Below, one piece after another: positions 32,939 to 42,985 of a DNA stretch of 64,000 bases. How positions within the stretch are numbered: the stretch's first letter is position 1; each line of letters starts with the position of its first letter. The stretch is taken from assembly GCA_963845065.1 (NCBI GenBank), contig CAWJQQ010000001.1, forward strand, positions 864,001 through 928,000. Direction: 5' to 3'. Source of the stretch: Nitrospirota bacterium (lineage in GTDB: Bacteria; Nitrospirota; UBA9217). The notes beneath the pieces were generated by a model. The model searched no databases. It was not told the origin of the DNA and saw only the letters and a program-made list of their open reading frames with translations. Both the position numbers and the translations under genes were made by a program.

Positions 32939-33367
32939 ATGGAAACGAAACAGTATCTTCTTTCAGGTATTATATTCTTCGTAATAAGCGCAGGAACCGC
33001 ACTCGTACCAGCAAAAAAAATCAGAACAACGGCCTCTCTTATCTCCCTGCTCGGCTCTCTCAGCTTTTTCTTCCTCGGTTTTTACCTTATCGCTGTTGCT
33101 CCGATAGCATTTTATGTTACGTACGTAACATCTGTTTTCGAGTTTGCTCTGCGCGGTGATGCACTGTCTGGTTTCTTTGTTATCATTATATCCCTATTTT
33201 ACTGGGTGATGGCGGACAAAGAAGGAAAACCAATTCACGTAAAGCCCTGTTCACCTTCGTACTGCAACTGCCCAGTGGTTCTTTTTGCAGTGCATGGGTA
33301 TATCGTGTCGGATCTTTTGTTTTACAACAGAGTTTTAGTTTGCCCTACTCCGGGATGGACATGTTAG
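32939..33367 (+). pseudogene. Chimeric remnant: HyfB-like N-terminus joined to HyfG-like C-terminus
   Basis: Start ...LRGDALSGFFVIII (cf. HyfB LRLDLLSGFFLTVI at 34.4 kb), then YWVMADKEGK...SPSYCNCP...HGYIVSD...SFSLPYSGMD (cf. HyfG YWVQSDKKGE...DPSSLNW...HGNIVPD...SFNQSYSGND). Confidence 0.75.
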
Positions 33368-33570
33368 CTAGCATAGCAATACGACGATAAAAATCAAAAA
33401 AAAAGGTGTAGTTACATTGACAAATCGTTGCAAAATTCAATGATGAATAACGAATTGCAAAAAGGCTGAGATAGGAAACATAAACTCTGACAGCCACCGT
33501 CGGCCGGAACGAGTCATATTTATCCCGTTTCTAAGGTTATGTCCTTTAACGGCAGGTTCTTGGAGGATCC

Positions 33571-34099
33571 GTGTTTAAGGAAATTCTAGGAAATATCGTT
33601 ATCAGAAAGAAAGTCATCCCGCTTCCAGAGACGTTCAATGTGACCCAGGGGCAGGCGTCAAAGATTGTTGACTTTCAAAAAAAGATTGATACAATCCTCG
33701 GTAGGTCGCTTTGCATCAAACAAATAGATACAGGATCATACAACGCTTGTGGATGGGAGTGCACTGCGCTCACTAACCCTGTGTACGACACCCAGCGGTC
33801 CAGTATCAATTATGTAGCTTCAACGCAACATGCAGTTGCCCTGCTCGTTTCCGGTCACGTATCCCGCCAGATGGCACTCGCTCTCAAGTGGACATTTATA
33901 GCGACGCTTTCGCCGAGGCTCGTTGTGGCTTGCGGCAATTGTGCGCAAGAAGGCGGCATATATATATAAGGATAGCTATGCGGTCACGAATGGCGTAACA
34001 AATATTATTCCCGTGGAGTGCTACATCCCTGGATGCCCTCCGAAGCCGGTATCGATTTTATTGGGACTTTACCGTCTCATCAATCTGTGCGTGAAATGA
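33571..34099 (+). pseudogene. Decayed NuoB/HyfI-type small subunit
   Basis: GRSLCIKQIDTGSYNAC (first Cys lost), ACGNC, frameshift in the ATAT run ~33958-33968, then IPVECYIPGCPPKP...* in another frame. Confidence 0.85.
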
Positions 34100-34183
34100 A
34101 CGGGAACGGTGTTTTCAACGATATGAGTAAAAAAACTGATTTATTCCAGGTCAAGATTCAGGGATACGCAGGGAGGTAGGGCA

Positions 34184-36229
34184 ATGGATCTTTCACCTAT
34201 CAGCATCATATCCGCATCTTTCGCGGTGCTTATTCTCCTGCTGGTGCTGACGCCGATTCTTCGAATGAGCCAGCATCTCCTTATCACGATCGGGTTTTCC
34301 CTCACGAGCTTCGCATCGCTCCTTACTGTGAGCGCAGGGGTCTGGACGGTCGCCAGTACGGCCACATACCAGGTCATTCTTCCCATTGGCTTACCTGATC
34401 TTCCTTTTCATCTCAGGCTCGATCTGCTGTCCGGTTTTTTCCTAACAGTTATAGGTCTGCTCTCTTTTTTTGTATCTCTTTACTCACTAGGGTACGTGAA
34501 AGGCTTTCTGGGGCGCCGCTCGGTAACGAAACTTGTGGTCTTCTATACTCTTTTTCTCGCAGGTATGAATCTTGTGGTCCTTGCCGATGACGCATTTTTT
34601 TTTATGATTGCCTGGGAGATGATGGCAGCGGCATCGTACTTTCTCGTACTCTTCGAGGATGAACAGATAGAGAACAGAAGGGCAGCATTCCTCTATCTTG
34701 TTGTTGCCCACGTGGGTGCCATCGCCATACTCTTGTCATTCGGTATCATGGCAGGGCTCGCGACGGGGTTTTCGGGTTTTCAAAGTTATACCTTTGACGC
34801 TATGCGAAAGACGGAACTTCCAGCCGGACTGGCGACCGCTGCCTTTCTCCTAGCTTTCTTCGGGTTTGCCGCCAAAGCAGGTGTGGTCCCGCTGCACATC
34901 TGGCTGCCCGAGGCCCATCCTGTGGCGCCGTCTAATGTCTCGGCTCTCATGAGCGGCGTGATGCTCAAAACTGCGATTTACGGCATCATTCGCGTCGTCT
35001 TTGACCTGATCGGCAATTTCCCGTGGTGGTGGGGCACTCTTGTGCTGGTCTTCGGTTTGGTGTCGGCTGTCATGGGTGTCCTGTATGCTCTGATGCAGCA
35101 TGACTTGAAACGGCTGCTCGCGTACCATTCCGTTGAAAACATCGGCATCATCCTCATCGGAATCGGACTAGCGATGATCTTCAAATCATTCGACATGTCT
35201 CTCCTGGCGGCACTGGCCCTTATAGCCGGTTTGTATCATACGCTAAACCACGCGATATTCAAGGGTCTCCTCTTTATGGGCGCAGGCGCAGTGCTCCATG
35301 CAACACATGAACGCAACATGGAGGAGATGGGCGGCCTCATCAGGTTCATGCCCTGGACAGCTGTACTGTTTCTCATCGGATGCGTTTCGATCTCCGCGCT
35401 CCCACCATTTAACGGATTCGTGTCGGAATGGCTGACCTATCAGGCGTTCCTCCTCTCTCCCGCACTCCCAAGCCCGCTCCTGAACCTGCTAATCCCACTG
35501 GGCGCAGCACTCCTAGCCTTGACAAGCGCGTTGGCGGCGGCATGCTTTGTGAAGGCCTTTGGCGTCACCTTTCTGGGACAACCGCGCGGACACTACCACG
35601 GACATATCCATGAGGCAGGTTGGTCCATGAGGATTGGTATGCTGCTCGCAGCACTCACGTGCCTGGGGCTCGGCGTTCTGCCTACATACATTATTAAATG
35701 GATGGACCCCATCGTCAAAGAGCTGGTCGGCGGTACGATCGCCGCGTCCGCTTCGGGCATCGGCTGGATGTGGCTTACGCCAATTGCGGCGGAACGAGCC
35801 TCCTACGCGGCGCCGATCGCATTCCTAGGCATTTTGTCCGTTGTGATAGTGACCTACCTACTGCTCCATACGCGTCCAGGCGCTATCCATCGTGTGCCGC
35901 TCTGGGACTGCGGGTTTGAAAAGGTCACATCCCGGATGCAGTATACGGCCACATCGTTTTCCATGCCCTTGCGCCGAATTTTCGGTTTTCTGTTTGACAT
36001 CAAGGAACATGTACGACATCTCCCTCCGGAAACGCATCCTGCCTTCCCTGAACGGATGCACTACCATCTGCGTGTTGGCGACCGTTTCTGGATGTTGTTA
36101 TACCAGCCCATCGTGGACGCCAGCTTCTGGATATCGCGAAGGATCGGACGCATGCAACACGGCCGTATTCAAATTTACCTTATTTACTCCTTCGTGACGA
36201 TTCTGGTGCTTTTGATATTTTCAAAATGA
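34184..36229 (+). CDS. hyfB: Hydrogenase-4 subunit B-like antiporter subunit (Ehr)
   Basis: WEMM, KAGVVPLHIWLPEAHPVAPSNVSALMSG, KRLLAYHSVEN, LPPFNGFVSEW, WDCG, RMQY. Confidence 0.9.
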   Translation: MDLSPISIISASFAVLILLLVLTPILRMSQHLLITIGFSLTSFASLLTVSAGVWTVASTATYQVILPIGLPDLPFHLRLDLLSGFFLTVIGLLSFFVSLYSLGYVKGFLGRRSVTKLVVFYTLFLAGMNLVVLADDAFFFMIAWEMMAAASYFLVLFEDEQIENRRAAFLYLVVAHVGAIAILLSFGIMAGLATGFSGFQSYTFDAMRKTELPAGLATAAFLLAFFGFAAKAGVVPLHIWLPEAHPVAPSNVSALMSGVMLKTAIYGIIRVVFDLIGNFPWWWGTLVLVFGLVSAVMGVLYALMQHDLKRLLAYHSVENIGIILIGIGLAMIFKSFDMSLLAALALIAGLYHTLNHAIFKGLLFMGAGAVLHATHERNMEEMGGLIRFMPWTAVLFLIGCVSISALPPFNGFVSEWLTYQAFLLSPALPSPLLNLLIPLGAALLALTSALAAACFVKAFGVTFLGQPRGHYHGHIHEAGWSMRIGMLLAALTCLGLGVLPTYIIKWMDPIVKELVGGTIAASASGIGWMWLTPIAAERASYAAPIAFLGILSVVIVTYLLLHTRPGAIHRVPLWDCGFEKVTSRMQYTATSFSMPLRRIFGFLFDIKEHVRHLPPETHPAFPERMHYHLRVGDRFWMLLYQPIVDASFWISRRIGRMQHGRIQIYLIYSFVTILVLLIFSK

Positions 36230-36386
36230 GCAAAAATAATTATTATCAAGAAGACACCAGGAGTGCGTTGAACTTTTAACAATGAGCATCGATGGTTCAT
36301 CAAAAGAAAATATTTCTGCTTCTTAGTAAACAATTTTGAGTGACCAGCTTCTTCTCTAGTTATGAATTTGTACCAAGGAGTTTTCA

Positions 36387-37331
36387 TTGAACATTAATCC
36401 CTTATCCGTTGAAGTTCTTCAGATCGCCGTGCTTCTCGTTGTCGCCCCGCTCTTCGTGGGCTGGGTAAAAATGGTGAAATGCTGGTTTCAGGGTAGGACC
36501 TCGCCGAGCCTTTTTCAGCCGTACAGAGACATCAGGAAGCTTCTGGTCAAGGACGTTACTCTTGCCGAGAACGCGTCGTGGATATTCCGGTTTACACCGT
36601 ATCTAGTCTTCGGCGTCTCGGTCATGGCGGGCGGCATCATTCCCATCCTGTCCATAGATCTACCGCTGTCCGCTACGGCCGATGTCATCGCCCTCGTAGC
36701 GCTCTTTGCCATCGCGCGTTTTTTTACAGCGTTGGCAGCCATGGACATCGGCACAGCGTTTGGCGGCATGGGGGCGAGCCGTGAAATGACCATTGCGTCT
36801 CTTGCTGAGCCTGCAATGCTGATGGCCGTCTTTGCCGTTTCCTTGGTAAGTAAATCAACGTCCCTTTCGCAGATGGCCTTTGTTATTGCCCAAGGGCATT
36901 CACTGCTCCGACCATCAATGGTCTTCGCGCTCCTGGCGTTTATTCTCATTGCATTGGCTGAGACGGGGAGGGTGCCAGTGGATAACCCGGCCACTCATCT
37001 CGAACTTACTATGATTCACGAGGCTATGATCCTGGAATATTCCGGCAGGCACCTTGCCCTCATCGAATGGGCCAGCATGATGAAACTCTTTCTCTTTACA
37101 ACCCTGGGTATCGCGTCATTTTTCCCCTGGGGAATCGCAAAGTCCGATGACATGACTCAGGTATTTTTGGCTTTGCTTGTCCTGCTGTTTAAGCTCGGGA
37201 TCGTCGGCACGGGACTAGTATTGATCGAGACCGGTCTCGCGAAAATGCGGATTTTTCGTATTACTGAGTTCCTTGGGACCGCGTTTCTCTTTGCGACGCT
37301 CGGGATGCTGTCGTATTTTATGCTGGAATGA
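36387..37331 (+). CDS. hyfC: NuoH/HyfC-like membrane subunit
   Basis: QGR..P..QPYRDIRKL, FGGMGASRE, ETGRVPVD, EYSG; TTG start after AAGGAG. Confidence 0.9.
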   Translation: MNINPLSVEVLQIAVLLVVAPLFVGWVKMVKCWFQGRTSPSLFQPYRDIRKLLVKDVTLAENASWIFRFTPYLVFGVSVMAGGIIPILSIDLPLSATADVIALVALFAIARFFTALAAMDIGTAFGGMGASREMTIASLAEPAMLMAVFAVSLVSKSTSLSQMAFVIAQGHSLLRPSMVFALLAFILIALAETGRVPVDNPATHLELTMIHEAMILEYSGRHLALIEWASMMKLFLFTTLGIASFFPWGIAKSDDMTQVFLALLVLLFKLGIVGTGLVLIETGLAKMRIFRITEFLGTAFLFATLGMLSYFMLE

Positions 37332-37528
37332 TAAAGTTATATTGGCTTAAGAGATGCAGACCAATTGAGACGAATAAAAATTAGAAAAATATTTTGTAGC
37401 TCGACACTTTTTTATCTCGAATGAAAAAATCAAGATTGCTCGAAATTATTATTGACCTTGATCATGTATCCTACATGATCCGGGTTTAGCAGTGACTTAT
37501 ACGTATTACATAGTAATCGAGGCTTCCT

Positions 37529-38194
37529 ATGAACCTGCAGCTTGCTTCACAAATCAACAGTCTTCTCGCTGCCCTGATCCTCCTCACTGCGTTTGCGCTT
37601 GTTGTTCAGCGTAGAATGAATGCACTGTTGCATCTGTTTGCATGGCAGGGGTTCTTGCTTGCCGTGAGTACCGCTATTGTCGGCTATGTCGGTGGAGCCC
37701 ATGATCTATATATCTCATCCATCCTGACACTTTCCATGAAAGTAATTCTTCTGCCGTACATATTGCATAAGCTCATTGTAAAATTAAAGATCCACAGAGA
37801 AGTTGAAACGATCGTGAACATCCCTGCTACCATGTTGATGGGCATTGTTCTGGTGATTTTTTCTTATCATCTTACAGCTCCCATTAGGGAGCTTTCGACG
37901 CTCGTAACTCGCTCTACGTTGGCAGTGGCCCTGGCCACGGTCATGCTCGGCTTTCTCATGATGATTACTCGCAAACATGCCGTCACCCAAATCATTGGAT
38001 TCCTTGCCATGGAGAACGGCCTTCTGTTTGCAGCAACAAGCGCGACGTACGGCATGCCACTCGTGGTAGAGCTCGGCGTGGCATTAGACCTGTTGATCGC
38101 GGCGTTCATATTCGGTATGTTTTTCTTCCATATCAGAACTACCTTCGACAGCCTCGATGTGGACCAAATGGCGAGACTGAAAGAAGAGGATTAA
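37529..38194 (+). CDS. hyfE: HyfE-like membrane subunit
   Basis: QIIGFLAMENG, GMPLVVELGVALD. Confidence 0.88.
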   Translation: MNLQLASQINSLLAALILLTAFALVVQRRMNALLHLFAWQGFLLAVSTAIVGYVGGAHDLYISSILTLSMKVILLPYILHKLIVKLKIHREVETIVNIPATMLMGIVLVIFSYHLTAPIRELSTLVTRSTLAVALATVMLGFLMMITRKHAVTQIIGFLAMENGLLFAATSATYGMPLVVELGVALDLLIAAFIFGMFFFHIRTTFDSLDVDQMARLKEED

Positions 38195-38319
38195 GAAAAT
38201 GATTGTCCCAGCAAGGATGCAAAGGCTATCAAGAATGACTAAGGAATTGAAATTGTCTGATTTCACATTTGCGTACTCTTCACCTGTTCGAGAAAAATAA
38301 ACCAATTGATGAGGTCCAA

Positions 38320-39768
38320 ATGGAGTTGCTCATTCTTTTAGGGATCCCCGTAGTTTCGTCCTTGGCGTTGGCCTTCATCGGCGACCGGAAATTTGCGCCC
38401 GAAGTGAACATTCTCGGCTCATCCGCGACCTTTATTGCCGGCGTCAAACTCGCGCTCGAGGTTTACGAGCGAGGGCCGATCCTTGCAGGAAACGATTTCT
38501 TTTTCGTTGATGCATTCAGCGTCTACCTGACGGTCCTCACTGCATTCGTTTCCATGACTACTGCAATTTTTAGCAGAAGGTACATGAGGCGTGAACTCGA
38601 GCACGGCACCTTGGGCCACAAGAAAATACGCTTTTACCACTCCATGTTTCAGCTCTTTATCTTCGCCATGCTGCTCTGCCTGCTCACAAATAACGTGGGC
38701 ATTCTTTGGATCGCCATGGAGCTGGCGACGCTGTCTACAGTGCTGCTCGTTTCACTCTATCGCACACCTGCAGCTATTGAAGCGGCATGGAAGTATTTTA
38801 TCCTCTGCGGCGTAGGCATCGCGCTAGCGCTTTTCGGTACGGTGCTCCTGTACTTTGCTGCGGAAAAGGTGCTTGGTGAAGGCGGCGCGGCATTACATTG
38901 GACAAATCTCTCCAAGGTAAGCGATCAGCTAGAGCCTACTATTCTGTCCTTGGCCTTCGTGTTTCTCATGGTAGGATATGGTACAAAGGTGGGCCTCGTG
39001 CCGCTTCATAACTGGCTCCCGGATGCGCACAGCGAAGGCCCTACTCCGATATCCGCAGTACTTTCGGGACTTCTGTTGAATATTGCCCTATACGCTCTCG
39101 TGCGGTGCAAGGTCCTTGTGGATGGCTCTACAGGGTCACACCATTCGGGTTATATCATGATGGGTTTCGGTATCATCTCTATAATCGTCGCTTCTTTCTC
39201 GCTCCTGCGGCAGAAAGATATTAAGCGGCTCTTCGCATATTCGTCCATCGAGCATATGGGAATCGCCACCTTTGCCTTCGGTTTGGGCGGACCGTTAGCC
39301 ACTTTCGGCGCTCTTTTGCATATGCTGGTCCATAGTCTGACCAAGTCCTCCATATTTTTTACCGTGGGCCATGCTTCACAGATGCACCGGACGCAAGAGA
39401 TGGATAGGATCAAGGGGCTAATCCGCGGCAACCCCCTCGTGGGATGGGGTCTGGCGCTCGGGGTCATGGCAATCGCAGGCATGCCTCCTTTCGGCGTATT
39501 CACGAGTGAATTCCTGATACTTACAGCAACGATAAAGGATGCACCGTGGTTTGCGCCCTTTCTCCTGCTTGGCCTGGGTGTTTCATTTGCCGCCTTGTTT
39601 AGGAGGATGCAACCTATGGTATCGGGAGAGCTGCCGCCCTATCAGCACCGCTTGAAGGCGGCGCATATTCCGGTAATTCTCCATTTGATGATTGTACTCG
39701 TCCTCGGTCTGTACATCCCGAAATTTCTGGCCGGGTGGTTCCAGACAGCAGTGGGGCTATTAAAATGA
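38320..39768 (+). CDS. hyfF: HyfF-like antiporter subunit
   Basis: WIAMELATL, EAAWKYFILC, GYGTKVGLVPLHNWLPDAHSEGP, AYSSIEHMG; GAGG RBS before ATG 38320. Confidence 0.9.
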   Translation: MELLILLGIPVVSSLALAFIGDRKFAPEVNILGSSATFIAGVKLALEVYERGPILAGNDFFFVDAFSVYLTVLTAFVSMTTAIFSRRYMRRELEHGTLGHKKIRFYHSMFQLFIFAMLLCLLTNNVGILWIAMELATLSTVLLVSLYRTPAAIEAAWKYFILCGVGIALALFGTVLLYFAAEKVLGEGGAALHWTNLSKVSDQLEPTILSLAFVFLMVGYGTKVGLVPLHNWLPDAHSEGPTPISAVLSGLLLNIALYALVRCKVLVDGSTGSHHSGYIMMGFGIISIIVASFSLLRQKDIKRLFAYSSIEHMGIATFAFGLGGPLATFGALLHMLVHSLTKSSIFFTVGHASQMHRTQEMDRIKGLIRGNPLVGWGLALGVMAIAGMPPFGVFTSEFLILTATIKDAPWFAPFLLLGLGVSFAALFRRMQPMVSGELPPYQHRLKAAHIPVILHLMIVLVLGLYIPKFLAGWFQTAVGLLK

Positions 39769-41336
39769 ACAGAATGGAACAAATAGTTAGGGTGGCCCTC
39801 GGCCCCGATGTTACTCGGGATGATTCCCTGTTTCCAGTGTCGATGCCGATGCTGGTTGTCCCGCGGGTGCGGTTTGCCGAAGTTGCCAAGGCGTTAAAGA
39901 AGGAATACGCGCTGCTCGCCGCAGAGTGGGCGACGGATGAAACTCACTTCGAAATAGGTTTTGGGATCTACGCCTGCTTTCGGCAAGAAATGGAGTATCT
40001 TATTGTAAAAACGTACGTCCCGTCAAATGATCCGACCTTTCCCAGCCTTACGAAACAATTCATACCCGCCTACCGGTTTGAGCGGCAAATGAAAAGTCTC
40101 ATGGGAGTGACCCCTGTTGGCAATCCCGACACTCGCCCCTGGATCAAACATGAAGATTGGCCGGAAGATGCCTGGCCGCTCAGGAAGTCCTTTGATCCGT
40201 CAAAGCCCATGCCCAGAGTATTTGGCGAATATCGGTGGATTCGGGCTGAAGGCGAAGGAGTCTACGAAGTTCCCGTGGGGCCTGTGCATGCAGGCATCAT
40301 CGAGCCCGGACATTTCCGTTTTCAGGCTCTGGGAGAAGACATCATCAACCTGGAAGAGAAACTGGGTTATGTGCATAAGGGAATCGAGAAGCGGTTCGAG
40401 TCCATGTCCTGGAAGGAAGGCTCGCGCTTAGCAGGCAGGGTGTCCGGAGACACGACGGTCGCCCATTGCTTGGCCTATTGTCGTGCAGTGGAAGAGATCA
40501 GCCAGTGTAAGCCTCCCGACCGAGCGCTCTGGCTCCGGGCGCTCTTCCTCGAGCGGGAACGGATAGTGAACCACTTAGGCGATCTGGGCGCTATCTGTAA
40601 TGATGTCGCATTTGCGTTCCTGTTGTATCAATTCCACAGGCTTAAAGAAATGCTGATCCGGACGAACTTGAAGCTTTTCGGCCACCGGTTCCTGATGGAC
40701 AGGATCGTGCTTGGCGGGACGACGGTTGACATAGATGTAGAAGGTGTGATAACGATCCGTACCGAATTGGACTGGCTGGCAAAAGAGTTTGAGAGGCTCG
40801 TGGTCATCTATGATGAAAATCCTTCTGTCGAGGACCGGGTGCGGGATACGGGCATCCTGAGCCCGGAGAATGCGAGAAACCTCGGTATGGTAGGGTTCGT
40901 GGCTAGGGCGAGCGGTCTGAATCTCGACTGTCGGATTCATCAGCCCTTTCCGCCCTATGACCGCATAAGTGTGAACGCGACGGTACTGATCTCAGGTGAT
41001 GTCCATGCTAGGGCATGGGTCAGGGTGGAGGAAATCAGGGATTCCATCCGGATTATCCGACAGATACTGGACACGCTGCCCGATGGAGCTTTCGCTGCAC
41101 CGATAGAAGTACCGATGCCGAACAAGTCCGGATTTGCAGTCGTTGAAGGATGGCGCGGAGAAATTCTCTACTGGGTCCAGTCAGATAAAAAAGGGGAGAT
41201 AAACCGATGCATGGTCCGGGACCCGTCTAGCCTGAACTGGTTGGGGCTGGAACAATGCATTCATGGCAACATTGTTCCCGATTTCCCGGTGTGCAACAAG
41301 AGCTTTAACCAGTCTTATTCCGGGAACGATTTATGA
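39765..41336 (+). CDS. hyfG: HyfG/NuoCD-like large subunit lacking Ni-Fe ligands (Ehr large subunit)
   Basis: VGPVHAGIIEPGHFRF, GYVHKGIEK, EGWRGE; RVSGDTTVAH and DFPVCNKSFNQSYSGNDL replace the RxCxxC and DPCxxC motifs. Confidence 0.9.
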   Translation: MNRMEQIVRVALGPDVTRDDSLFPVSMPMLVVPRVRFAEVAKALKKEYALLAAEWATDETHFEIGFGIYACFRQEMEYLIVKTYVPSNDPTFPSLTKQFIPAYRFERQMKSLMGVTPVGNPDTRPWIKHEDWPEDAWPLRKSFDPSKPMPRVFGEYRWIRAEGEGVYEVPVGPVHAGIIEPGHFRFQALGEDIINLEEKLGYVHKGIEKRFESMSWKEGSRLAGRVSGDTTVAHCLAYCRAVEEISQCKPPDRALWLRALFLERERIVNHLGDLGAICNDVAFAFLLYQFHRLKEMLIRTNLKLFGHRFLMDRIVLGGTTVDIDVEGVITIRTELDWLAKEFERLVVIYDENPSVEDRVRDTGILSPENARNLGMVGFVARASGLNLDCRIHQPFPPYDRISVNATVLISGDVHARAWVRVEEIRDSIRIIRQILDTLPDGAFAAPIEVPMPNKSGFAVVEGWRGEILYWVQSDKKGEINRCMVRDPSSLNWLGLEQCIHGNIVPDFPVCNKSFNQSYSGNDL

Positions 41337-41493
41337 AATCAACTTATCCCGGATGGTCAGAGGTTCGCACGGAGCAAAAGGTAATTTTTCATGCCTGAAT
41401 CCTCGCAAAAGGTTAGGATTGTAATAAAATATCGAAGTACTGTCGCCTATTAGCAATAGCGAATTTTGCATCATCAGCGAGACAGAAATTAAT

Positions 41494-42931
41494 CCTGAAT
41501 CCGGCGTGAAAATGGTCAGAATTTCAGCCGATCAATTGTCTTTACCGCATACTCGAAAGCTTCACGATACCAGAGATTGGCCGGAAATTTGAGTGTCGGT
41601 CGGTTTTCAGATTTTACCAATACGCCTGGAATAAGTAGAAGGCGTGATCGTAACGTATTGAGCGTTATATTGTGCAGATCTTTTGGCAAGCAAAGGCGCT
41701 TGAACCAGTTGATCAAGTTGTATGAAAACAAAAGAATGTGAAAATACGCTTCGTTGGCGGCAAAGTGTCTGGTTGGTATCTTCGCTAAAGGATAATCTCC
41801 TTTGAGTTCTTTTATAATGAGTTCCACGCCGGCTCGACCGTTGTAAAATTTCCACGTGTTGAGTGGAGTCAGGCTCAAGTTTGTCACGATGACCTGATAA
41901 CTGTATTTGCCCAGAGTAAACAAAGAGAGCTGATCCGATGGGTCTTCTGGTATCGGACGGCGGATTACGACGAACCGATGCTCCTTGTGTCCCGCTTTGA
42001 TGGGATATGTAAACTCGGACGTCTCGATGCCGGATGTATAAGGGTGATACGGCAAAACAGCAAGCTTTCGTTTGATCGGTGGAGTCAGCTTGGCGACGAT
42101 AGCGAAGAGGGCACTCTTGGATTCCAGATACTCGACAGTTTTGTGGTCGAAAAAACCCTTGTCTGCCCTGATGATTATGACTTTTACCGAAGAAGGCACT
42201 TTGGCAAAGGTTGCCTCCAGAAAGTCGAGGACTCCTGCTGCGGTATGCGCATCGCCTGGCCGAAGCTCTCCGTGCCAGTAGTCCTTGGTAATGCCGTTGA
42301 AACAGACAAGAGGATGGTATGATGGCCTTCCGCGTTTCTTCGGATTGTATCCGATATTGGCCATCTCCTGTTTGCCGTACAGGACTAGGACGGTTGAGTC
42401 CATATCGAAAATAATGCGTGTAGGCGGAGAGGGTCTTAGCATCATCGACGAGAGCAGTTTGTCGTGAAGCCGCCTGAGCCGTGTCAGAGACAGCGGCGCC
42501 ATTCTTAAGAGGAAGCGCCGAAGGGTTTGTGGATCGGGATAGGAGGGCAATCCCGTCAGATACTGGAAGACTCCATTGTGTCGTAGAAGGTGAGTCGTCT
42601 CGATCCTGCCGAATCCAAGAGCTATGGGATATACCAGTGCAAGAATCACCTCTGATATGGTGTAATGGTTGTTGCGCTGAGCAAAGAAAACTTTCTTGCT
42701 GAGAAGAGCCTTCAGCTTGATGCGCTTGAAAAAGAGATGCAGAAGATATACGCCACCGAAGTGAGTGACGTTCTTCCCGGTGAAGGAAATTTTGAGATTT
42801 TTGGGTCCGAATGGCATAGGAATGTAACCTATCAAAAAGGTAGGTTTGGTTCCACACACTTTTCGGCATTATAACACTATTTTTAAGCGGTCGATTCAAC
42901 ATAGTAGATTCCGGCTCACGCCGGATTCAGG
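41494..42931 (-). mobile_element. Intact IS1380-family insertion sequence, 1438 bp
   Basis: Perfect 16-bp IRs CCTGAATCCGGCGTGA (41494-41509 and 42916-42931); 5-bp target duplication TTAAT (41489-41493 and 42932-42936). Confidence 0.93.
41516..42817 (-). CDS. IS1380-family DDE transposase
   Basis: T.FGG, FDMDST, GYNPKKRGRPSYHPL, ELRPG, RADKGF, YNGRAGVELIIKELK, FAANEA; start at MPFGPK assumed. Confidence 0.9.
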   Translation of the reverse strand: MPFGPKNLKISFTGKNVTHFGGVYLLHLFFKRIKLKALLSKKVFFAQRNNHYTISEVILALVYPIALGFGRIETTHLLRHNGVFQYLTGLPSYPDPQTLRRFLLRMAPLSLTRLRRLHDKLLSSMMLRPSPPTRIIFDMDSTVLVLYGKQEMANIGYNPKKRGRPSYHPLVCFNGITKDYWHGELRPGDAHTAAGVLDFLEATFAKVPSSVKVIIIRADKGFFDHKTVEYLESKSALFAIVAKLTPPIKRKLAVLPYHPYTSGIETSEFTYPIKAGHKEHRFVVIRRPIPEDPSDQLSLFTLGKYSYQVIVTNLSLTPLNTWKFYNGRAGVELIIKELKGDYPLAKIPTRHFAANEAYFHILLFSYNLINWFKRLCLPKDLHNITLNTLRSRLLLIPGVLVKSENRPTLKFPANLWYREAFEYAVKTIDRLKF

Positions 42932-42985
42932 TTAATATATGATAAGATCCATGGATGATATATGTACTAATAATCAAGGAGCAAT

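Noticed and set aside
33571..34099. Selenocysteine read-through explaining broken redox genes (hyfI copy, dsrC, aldolase)
   Set aside because: The breaks are frameshifts or TAA/TAG stops, not in-frame TGA at cysteine positions.
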